A stretch of DNA of 54,502 bases from Prorocentrum cordatum (Eukaryota). Both the position numbers and the translations under genes were made by a program. Each line of letters opens with the position of its first letter. The stretch's first letter is position 1. This document shows positions 41,590 to 51,455 of this stretch, one piece after another. The notes below the pieces were generated by a model. That model saw nothing but the letters and a program-made list of their open reading frames with translations, was not told where the DNA came from and made no database searches. Location of the stretch: positions 62,001-116,502 of the forward strand of contig CAUYUJ010000233.1 in NCBI GenBank assembly GCA_963575745.1, in the 5' to 3' direction.

Positions 41590-44500
41590 CACAAAAAAAC
41601 AAACACTAAAAGAAAGGCTCATACTAAGACAGAGAGGCCCTCATAGTCGTTTACAGGTGCAAAAAAACTGCTTTCTCACAATGAATTGTCAAATATCTTT
41701 CAAAAAAATGCAAAACCACCCAAACTGGACGACGGCGGTAAACCGTCAACCTTGGTCACCGCCGGGAGACTCGTAGAGCTTCCTGACCATACATCATGTC
41801 GAAGAAAATTGCAAAGAACGAATATTTTTTCAGCCTAAACGATTTCAGACCTCTCGATGCAACAGCCAAACGCCCCTCATGCTTCTCATCGTTTTCTGTG
41901 CACACGAGCTCCGTAGCTCTCCTACAGCCCGAGTTACGTGCGAAAATCGACAGCACCTCTCAAGATGACTCGAAGAAAACGAATAGTTTGGTTCAGACCT
42001 CTGAATGCGACAGACGGACGTGCCTGATGTCTCCCGAATCGATTCCTGTGATCACCAGCCCTGCAGCCCCCTTACAGCCCGAGTTAAGTGCAGAAAATCG
42101 ACAGCACCTCTCAAGATGACTCGAAGAAAACGAATAGTTTGGTTCAGACCTCAGAATGCGACAGACGGACGTGCCTGATGTCTCCCGAATCGATTCCAGT
42201 GATTACCAGCCCTGCAGCCCCCTTACAGCTCGAGTTAAGTGCAGAAAACGGACAGCACCTCTCAAGATGACTCGACGAATACGAAAGGTTTTGCGAACCT
42301 GGTCAGGCAGCACACCGAGTTCTCAGCTCTGGATTCGGCAGGCGGACGCGCCTGATGTCTCCGAATCGATTCCTGTGAGTACGAGCCCTGTAGCCCCCCT
42401 ACAGCCCGAGTTAAGAGCAGAAAACTGTCAGCACCTCTCAAGATTATTCCAACAACACGAATAGTTTCGCGAACCTAGCTCGGGCAGCAGACCGAGGTCA
42501 GACCTCTAGATGGAACAGACGAATGCGCCTGATGATTCGCAATCGATTGCTGTGAGAATGAGCTCTGTAGCTGCCCTACAGCTCGAGTTAAGTACAAAAT
42601 ACCGACAACGCGTATCAAGATGACTTGAAACAGCCGATCCCGCCGCGATGCTTTTTTGCAGAAATATTTACCCGATCGAGCTGAAATTAAGATGGCGAGC
42701 GGGAATAAGATCGAATATGGTCAGAAAAAATACTAGAGCTCTAACGAATTGTTGAATTTCGAGAACAAAATTTTCAACCGACCAAAAGTCAGCAAAAGGT
42801 CCGTCGAGATTTTTCTTGCCAACTAGCTCTCCAGCGCGCCGGAACTGTAACCGGCAGTAAACCGTCAACCAGTTTACCGCCGGACACCTCGTAGAGCTCT
42901 TTTCTTGCACAGCGCTCCTCCGAACACATAGAGGAAGCTTCTGAAGAGAGACATGCAAAGTCGGTTCCGCCAAGTGTTTTGATAGTAATACTGCACCTAC
43001 AGACCTGGAAATGTTACTGGCAGACGCGGCATAACCCACTACAGGTGCGAAAAATCTGATCTCTCGAAATGAACTGTCAAATATCTTTCAAATATTCGCA
43101 AAACCACCCAAAAGTTAACACTTTGTCCTTTCTGGCCGCGTCGACCAACTAGCTCCACCCCGCGCCGGAATTCCTCTAGCTCATCGATAACGAGGAGCTC
43201 TACGAGGCACTGGGCGCCAACGGTAAACCGTCAACCTTTCTTACCGCCGGGGGACTCGTAGAGCTTCCTGACAATATATAATGTGGAAAGAAAATTGCAG
43301 AGAACGAATAGTTTTTCAGCCCAAGCGATTTCAGACCACTCGATGCAACAGCCGAACGCCCCCGACGTCTTCTTCACGAGCTCTTTAGCTATCCTACAGC
43401 CCGAGTTACGCGCGTCAATCGACAGCACCTCTCAAGATGACTCTAACAAAACGAATAGTTTAGCAACCCAGCTCGAATATCAAACCGAGTTCAGACCTCT
43501 GAATGCGACAGGCGGGCGCGTCTGATGTCTGCGAATCGACTCCTGTCATTACCAGCCCTGCAGCCCCCTACAGGCCGAGTTAAGTGCAGAAAACCGACAG
43601 CACCTCTCAGGATAACTCGAACAATACAATAGTTTTGCGGACCTAGTTCGGGGAGCAGACCGAGTTCCGAGCTTTGGATTCGACAGGCGGATGCGCCTGA
43701 TGTCTTCAAATCGATTCCTGTGACCACCAGCACTGTAGCTCCCCCAACCCGAGTTGAGTGCAGAAAACCGAGAGCACTTCTCAAGATGAGTCGAACAATA
43801 CAAATAGTTTCGCGATTCTAGATCGGGCAGCAGACCGAGTTCAGAGCTCTGGATGCAACAGACAAATTCGACTAATGATTCTGAATCGGTTTCTGTAAGT
43901 ATCAGCTCTGTAGCTGCCCTATAGCTCGAGTTAAGTATAGAAAACCGAGAGCGTCTGTCAAGATGACTCGAATATTACGAATAGAATTGTGGACCTAGCT
44001 CGGCTAGCAGACCGAGTTCAGACCTCTAGATTCAACAGACGAACGCGCCTGATCATTCCAAGTCGATTAGCTGTGCTTACCAGCTCTGCAGCTGTCCTAA
44101 AGCTCGAGTTATGTTCAGAAAACCGTCATCGCGTGTCAAGATGACTTGAAACGGCCGATCCCGCCTGCCTGCTTTTTGGCAGTAAAAGGTACCCGATCGA
44201 GCTGAGATCAAGATGGCGAGCGGGAATCAGATCAAATATCATGGGAAAAATACTAGAGCTCAAACGAATTCTTGAATTTCGAGCACAAAATTTTCAACCG
44301 ACCAAAAGTCACTAAAAAGTCTGTCGAGATTTTTCTTGCCAACTAGCTCTCCAGCGCCCCGGAATTACTCTTAAGCTTTCATCGATAACTGGGCGCCGGC
44401 GGTAAACCGTCAACCTTTCTTACCGCCGGGGGACTCGTAGAGCTTCCTGATCATCTATAATGTCGAAAATGATTGCAGGGAACAAATATTTTTTCTGCCC

Positions 44501-45433
44501 GAGCAATTTCAGACCGATCGATGAACACCGCTGATGCGTCTGGATCGTTTCCTGCGCGTACGAGCTCTGTAGCTCTCCTACAGCCCGAGTAACGTGCGAA
44601 AAGTGACAGCACCTCTCAAGATAACTCCAATAATATGCATAGCTTCGCGAACCTAGCTCGAGTATCAGACCGAGTTCAGACCTCTGAATGCGACCGGCGG
44701 ACACGCCTGATGTCTCTGAATCGATTCATGTGATTACCAGCCCCGTAACCCCCCTACAGACCGAGAAAATCGACTCTCAAGATGACCCGAACAATACGAA
44801 TAGTCAGGCTAGCTCGGGAAGCAGAGGAATTTAGAGCTCTGGAATCAACGAAGAAACGCAACTAATGTCTGCAAATCGATTCCTGTGACCATCAGCCCTG
44901 TAGCCCCCCTACAGCCCGAGCTAGTACGGAAAACTAACAGCACCTCTCAAGATGACTCGAAGAATACGAATAGCTTCGCGAACTTAGCTCGGGCAGCAGA
45001 CCGAGTTTAGAGCTCTGGATTCAACAAACGAACGCGTCTGATGTCTTCGAATCGATTCCTGTAATTACAAGCCCTGTAGCCCCCCGACAGCCCGAGTTAC
45101 GTGCAGAAAACTGGCAGCATCTCTCAAGATGACTCGAACGATACGAATGGTTTTGCGAACCTAGCTCGGGCAGCAGACCGTGTTTAGAGCTCTCGATTTA
45201 ACAGACACGTTCCTGTAAGTATCAGCTCTGTAGCTGCCCTACAGCTCGAGTTAAGTATAAAATACTGAGAGCGTGTATCAAGATTATTCAAAACGGCCGA
45301 TCCCGCCGCAACGCTTTTTGGCAGTAATATTCACCCGATCGATCTGAGATTAAGATGGCGAGCGGGAATAAGATCGAATATGGTCAGAAAAAATACTAGA
45401 GCTCAAACGAATTGTTGAATTCCGAGAACAAAA

Positions 45434-46645
45434 CTGGGCGCCGGCGGTAAACCGTCAACCTTTCTTACCGCCGGGGGACTCGTAGAGCTTCCTGACAATG
45501 TATAATGTCGAAAAAAATTGCAGAGAACGAGTAGTTTCCCAGCCCAAGCGATTTCAGACCTCTCGATGCAACAGCCGAACGCCCCCGATGCTTCTGGATT
45601 GTCTTCTGTACGAGCTCTGTAGCTCTCCTACAGCCCGAGTTACGTGCGTGAATCGACAGCAACCCTGAAGATCACTCGAACAATACGAATAGTTTGGCAA
45701 ACCTAGCTCGAGTATCAGACCAAGTTCAGGCCTCTCAATGCGACAGGCGGACACGTCTGATGTCTCCAAATCGATTCCTGTGATAACCAGCCCTGCAGCC
45801 CCCCTACAGCCCGAGTTAAGTGTAGAAAACCGACAGCATCCCAGGATGACTTGAACAATACGAATAGTTTCGCGGACCTAGTTCGGGCAGCAGACCGAGG
45901 TCCGAGCTCTGGATTCGACAGGCGGACGCGCCTGGTGTCTCCAAATCGATATGTGACTACCAGCACTGTAGCCACTCCCCAGAACTCGAGTTAAGTACAG
46001 AAACCACCTCTCAAGATGACTCGAACAATACGAATAGGTTCGCGATTCTAGAGCGGGCAGCAGACCGAGTTCAGAGCTCTCGATTCAACAGACAAACGCG
46101 ACTGATGACTCTGAATCGGTTTCTGTAAGTATCAGCTCTGTAGCTGTCATATAGCTCGAGTTAAGTTCAGAAAACCGAAAGCGCCTGTCAAGATGACTCG
46201 AATAATACGAATAGGTTTGCGGACCTAGCTCGGCTAGCAGACCGAGTTCAGACCTCTGGATGCGACAGACGAACGCGCCTGATCATTCTGCATCGATAAG
46301 GTGTGCTTGCCAGCTCTGTAGCTGTCCTGTATCTCGAATTAAGTCCAATATACCGACAGCGCGTATCAAGCTGACTCGAAACGGCCGATCCCGCCTGAAC
46401 GCTTTTTGGCAGTAACAGGTACCCAATCGAGCTGAGATCAAGATGGCGAGCGGGAATAATATCTAATATCACGGGAAAGAATACTAGAGCTCTAACGAAT
46501 GGTTGAATTTCGAAAACAAAATTTTCAACCGACCAAAAGTCACCAAAAGGTCCGTCTAGATTTTTCTTGTCAACTAGCTCTCCAGCGCCCCGGAATTACC
46601 CTTAAGCTTCCAGCAATAACTTGCTAAGGGAAGCTCTACGAGTTA
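45434..46645 (-). mobile_element. complete A-type element (1212 bp) with ~175-bp internal tandem repeats
   Basis: ATIR ACTCGTAGAGCTTCC / GGAAGCTCTACGAGT; flanks rejoin as GAGAACAAAA|TTTTCAACCGAC. Confidence 0.85.
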
Positions 46646-46802
46646 TTTTCAACCGACACCAAGTCAGCAAAAGGTAGGTCGAGATTTTTCTTGCCAACTA
46701 GCTCTCCAGCGCCCTGGTATTTCTCTTAAGCTTCCAGCAACTGGGCGCCGGCGGTAAACCGTCAACCTTTCTTACCGCCGGGGGGCTCGTAGAGCTTCCT
46801 GA

Positions 46803-46860
<58 letters not shown>

Positions 46861-48015
46861 TTTTCAGCCTATACGATTTCGGACCTCTCGATGCAACAGC
46901 CAAACGCCCCTCATGCTTCTGGATCGTTTTCTGTGCGCACGAGCTCCGTAGCTCTCCTACAGCCCGAGCTGCGTGCGAAAATCGACAGCATCTCACAAGA
47001 TCACTCGAACAATACAAATAGTTTCGCGAATCTAGCTCGAGTACCAGACCGAGTTCAGACCTCTGAGTGCAACAGGCGGACGCGCCTGATGTCTCCGAAT
47101 CGATTCCTGTGATTACAAGCCCTGCATCTCCCTTACACCCCGAGTTAAGTGCAGAAAACCGACAGCACCTCTGAAGATGACTCGAACAATACGAAAAGCT
47201 TCGCGGACCTAGCTCGGGCAGCAGACCGAGTTCAGAGCTCTGAATGCGACAGGCGGACGCGACTGATGTCTCCGAATCGATTCCAGTGATTACCAGCCCT
47301 GCAGCCCCTTACAGCTCGAGTTAAGTGGAGAAAACGGACAGCACCTCTCAAGATGACTCGAAGAATACGAATAGTTTTGCGGATCTAGCTCGGGCAGCAC
47401 ACCGAGTTCTGAGCTCTGGATTTGGCAGGCGGACGCGTCTGATGTCTCCGAATCGATTTCTGTGAGTACGAGCCCTGTAGCTCTCCTAGAGCCCGAGTTA
47501 AGTGCAGAAAACTGACAGCATCTCTCAAGATGACTCGAAACATACGAATAGATTCGCGAACCTAGCTCGGGCAGCAGACCGAGTTCAGACCTCTGGATGG
47601 AACAGACGAACGCGCCTGATGATTTGCAATCATTTTCTGTGCGAATGAGCTCTGTAGCTGCCCTACAGCTCGAGTTAAGTACAAAATACCGACAACGCGT
47701 ATCAAGATAACTCGAAACAGCCAATCCCGCCGCGATGCTTTTTTGCAGAAATATTTACCCGATGGAGCTGAGATTAAGAAGGCGAGCGGGAATAAGATCG
47801 AATATGGTCAGCAAAAATACTAGAGCTCAAACGAATTTTTGAATTTCGAGAACAAAATTTTCAACCGACCAAAAGTCAGCAAAAAGTCCGTCGAGATTTT
47901 TCTTGCCAACTAGCTCTCCAGCGCCCCGGAATTACCGAAAGAATGAGCTCTGTAGGCTGCCCTACGCTCCGCGTTAAGTACAACATCCGTCAACGCGGTA
48001 GCAAAATTACTCGAA

Positions 48016-49225
48016 CTGTGCGCCGGCGTACAAACACCGTCAACCCGTCGAGGACCGCCGTGGACTCGTCGAGGTCCTGAAATTATAATTTAAAAAATGT
48101 AAAGCGAATAGTTTTTCAGCCTCAAGTGTTTCAGACCTCTCGATGCAACAGCCGCAACGCCACCGATGTTCAGAATTGTCCCGATTGCGAACTGCTGTCT
48201 TCCGCCTCCTACAGCCGTCAGTTATGTGCGTAAATCGACCGTACCTCTCAAGAAAACTAACAAAACCATAGTTTGCACCCAGCTCGAGTATCAAACCGAG
48301 TTCAGACCTCTGAATGCGACAGGCGGACGCGTCTGATGTCTGCGAATCGACTCCTGTGATTACCAGCCCTGCAGCCCCCTTACAACCCGAGTTAAGTGCA
48401 GAAAACCGACAGCACCTCTCAGGATGACTCGAGCAATACAATAGTTTCGCGGACCTAGTTCGGGCAGCAGACCGAGTCCCGGCCTCTGGATTCGAAAGGC
48501 GGACGCGCCTGATGTCTTCAAATCGATTCCTGTGACCACCAGCACTGTAGCCCCCCCCAGCCCGAGTTCAGTGCAGAAAACCGAGAGCACTTCTCAAGAT
48601 CACCGAACAATACTAATAGTTCCGCAATTCTAGATCGGGCAGCAGACCGAGTTCAGAGCTCTGGATTTAACAGACAAATGCGAGTGACGATTCTGAATCG
48701 GTGTCTGTAAGCATCAGCTCTGTAGCTGTCCTATAAGTCGAGTTAAGTACAGAAAATCGAGAGCGTCTGTCAAGATGACTCGAATAATACGAATAGGTTT
48801 GCGGACATAGCTCAGCTAGCAGACCGAGTTCAGACCTCTAGATTCAACAGGCGAACGCGCCTGATCATCCTGGATGGATTAGCTGTGCTTACCAGCTCTG
48901 TAGCTGTCCTAAAGATCGAGTTATGTTAGAAAACCGTCATCGCGTGTCAAGATGACTCGAAACGGCCGATCCCGCCTGCCTGCTTTTTGGCAGTAAAAGG
49001 TGCCCGATCGAGCTGAGATCAAGATGGCGAGCGGGAATAAGATCAAATACCATCGTAAAATTACTAGAGCTCTAACGAATGGTTGAATTTCGAGAACAAA
49101 ATTTTCAACCGACCAAAAATCACCAAAAGTTCCGTCGAGATTTGTCTTGCCAACTAGCTCTCCAGCGCCCCGGAATTACTCTTAAGCTTCCAGCAATAAC
49201 TTGCTAAGGGAAGCTCTACGAGTTA
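48016..49225 (-). mobile_element. complete A-type element nested in another A copy
   Basis: flanks rejoin as CTCGAA|CAGCCGATCCCG; the left part is error-rich. Confidence 0.7.
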
Positions 49226-49976
49226 CAGCCGATCCCGCCGCGATGCTTCTTTGCAGAAGTAGTTACCCGATCGAGCTGAGATTAAGACGGCGAGCGGAAA
49301 TAAGATCGAATATGGTCAGAAAAAATACTAGAGCTCTAACGAATGATTGAATTTCGAGAACAAAATTTTCAACCGACCAAAAGTCAGCAAAAGGTCCGTC
49401 GAGATTTTTCTGCCAACTAGCTCTCCAGCGCCCCGGAATTCTTAGGCTTCCAGCAATAACTTGCTAAGGGGAGCTCTACGAGTTACTGGGCGCCGGCGGT
49501 GAACCGTCAACCTTTGTTTTTTGCGGACTTTGCGGTCGACTGTGCAGGCTTTCCAGCCTAGTCGGAAGCAAGGAAGCGGACGTATAGGGAGCAGGCGAAG
49601 CCTCACCGATCCTGACGATCAGGAAGACGACAGCCTAAGCTCTTATGAGTGTGTGAAGTGAAGCACGCACGCACGACACGCACAAGCATGGCATGAGCGA
49701 GCAGCGGACACCTAATCACATCAACTCAAATCCGAAATACGCTTGTACAACCCGCGGTATGACAAGAGTCTTATGCTCAACGTCAAATGTGAAGTGATGA
49801 ATTAATGAGATCAAATACTATCGAACATCTTTGAGGCAACAGTACGTCTCCATCAACAGGCACGTCGGAACGATCAAGAAAATGAATGAAACCTGTCTCT
49901 GAATCCGTCTCACTGAACAAGCACGTGACACAATACAAGCAAGCAACAAAGAGAGGCGGCGGCAGGCAGCATATAC

Positions 49977-51392
49977 TTAGGTGTAATGTATAGTATTAGC
50001 AGGCCTCGTAAACACAGGCCTCGTAGACGCAGCACTCGCCACAGAACCTGATCGCGCCAGTCCCTGAAGTCTCTGGACGAAGGCCTCGAGTTGATTTTGT
50101 CTAGCCTCCAAGCTTCTGTACCTTTTGTCCAAGCTGGAAATTGCAACACCCTGCTTCTGTACCTGGGTCTGAACATTATCGATTTTAATACCCTGAACAA
50201 CTATGGCGTCCTGGATCCTCTCAGTATTGCCATCCATCTTATGCATCGTCTGAAGTAGTAAGCACTTCATGTCATCCTGCCTTCGCTGTTCTACACCGAA
50301 AGTTGCATACCAGTGGTCACGAATAGCTTCATCCCACTCCTCTTCTGTCGCAAAACCGAAAGCTGCATACTCTTGTCCTCGTATGTTGGCGCCTTTAGAG
50401 CTCTTGGCCGGCTTGGCGCTGCTATGATATCGTTGGCCTTTGCCTCTGCCTTTGCGGTGACCTCGTACAGGATTCGATGCCTCATTGAGCGTGACGGGAC
50501 GATTCAGACACTCCTGGGACGCTCCTGACAAGGCGCGGCTATCATAATCAGACTGCACGTTCGGAGAAGACTCCTCACTCGAGGGTGCCTCCAGCTCCTC
50601 CTCCGCCGCCACAGTCACTTTCCCAAGAAGAACTCCTGAAGCTTCTCCCTCCATCCCAACGACACTCTCTGTCTGACAGCCGACTTCACAATGAAAGTCC
50701 GCAACATCCGTACTAGAAGAAGCCTGCACTCCAATATCTACCGAAGAGACCCGTGGGCAAACCACCATCATCTGAGAGAACTGATCGCCTCCGAATCCCT
50801 GACCAACCTCCTCCCGCATCAAACTGCAAGAAAGATTTTCCGAGGGTGTCGTAACGGCAGTTTGCTCCACCTCCAAATGATTATACCGAGTCTGCAATCC
50901 AACATCAAACACGGAATCCGCAGCCAGCACTCCAGCATTTGCCGAAGGGGCACATGGATATTTGGCTTGAAGCATACGGCAAGAAAGATTCTCCGAAACA
51001 GTCGTAATGTCAGCCTCCTCCTCCTCCTCCACCAAACTGCATTTAACAACAAGTGGATCGCGCAACAAGAGATAATCTAGAACCAAATCGGCAGTCGTCC
51101 GTTCCAGCCCTGGTGGTGGGAGACACGTAGGTGGCACCAAACCTTCCAGAGGCAAACGAACAGGTGAATGCACACAGTATCCGTTTTGAACAGCCAGCGC
51201 CCGACGCATAATGCGAGCACTTGCACTCCGCACGCGTGGCATAGCGAAAGATTGCAGAGACTGCCTCGGAAGCACCCAGCAATACAAATCAATCGAAGAC
51301 CACTCAAGGCGATCAAACGTGTCAAATGAAAGGCGGTGCAATATCACTCTAGGCGACAAACGTGTGACCCCCTGACTCGCACTCGATCCCAC
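49977..51392 (-). CDS. ORF1-like protein (471 aa): low-complexity N-half, C-terminal coiled coil
   Basis: long non-repetitive ORF; heptad-like MKCLLLQTM...VQKQGVAISSLDKRYRSLEARQNQLE; true start codon uncertain. Confidence 0.6.
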   Translation of the reverse strand: MGSSASQGVTRLSPRVILHRLSFDTFDRLEWSSIDLYCWVLPRQSLQSFAMPRVRSASARIMRRALAVQNGYCVHSPVRLPLEGLVPPTCLPPPGLERTTADLVLDYLLLRDPLVVKCSLVEEEEEADITTVSENLSCRMLQAKYPCAPSANAGVLAADSVFDVGLQTRYNHLEVEQTAVTTPSENLSCSLMREEVGQGFGGDQFSQMMVVCPRVSSVDIGVQASSSTDVADFHCEVGCQTESVVGMEGEASGVLLGKVTVAAEEELEAPSSEESSPNVQSDYDSRALSGASQECLNRPVTLNEASNPVRGHRKGRGKGQRYHSSAKPAKSSKGANIRGQEYAAFGFATEEEWDEAIRDHWYATFGVEQRRQDDMKCLLLQTMHKMDGNTERIQDAIVVQGIKIDNVQTQVQKQGVAISSLDKRYRSLEARQNQLEAFVQRLQGLARSGSVASAASTRPVFTRPANTIHYT

Positions 51393-51431
51393 TGGAGGTT
51401 ACCCAGGCAGAGGGGATCAAATGTCAAGCGC

Positions 51432-51455
51432 CTTGAGCCGAGATTTTCTTGAGCC
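51432..51455 (-). other. two tandem dinoflagellate spliced-leader relics
   Basis: minus strand GGCTCAAG-AAAATCTC-GGCTCAAG at the exact 5' junction; dinoSL is DCCGTAGCCATTTTGGCTCAAG. Confidence 0.6.

Larger units (their letters stand above)
49515..51455 (-). mobile_element. non-LTR retrotransposon derivative (5' end, ORF1, last codons of ORF2, 3' UTR) inserted in an A-element hairpin
   Basis: 3' UTR and C-terminus IPRVVQAYFGFELM* match VLPRVVSTYFEFDLL* of the LINE at 29.6 kb; the host element resumes at 51453. Confidence 0.8.

Noticed and set aside
41391..41617. A-rich tracts (also 36735, 39105, 46804) as retroposon tails or Lys-rich ORFs
   Set aside because: They replace or interrupt sequence intact in sibling copies without TSDs; more likely long-read or consensus artefacts, or slippage.
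47936..48290. Divergent new subfamily
   Set aside because: Scattered indels against otherwise typical A sequence look like low-quality consensus.
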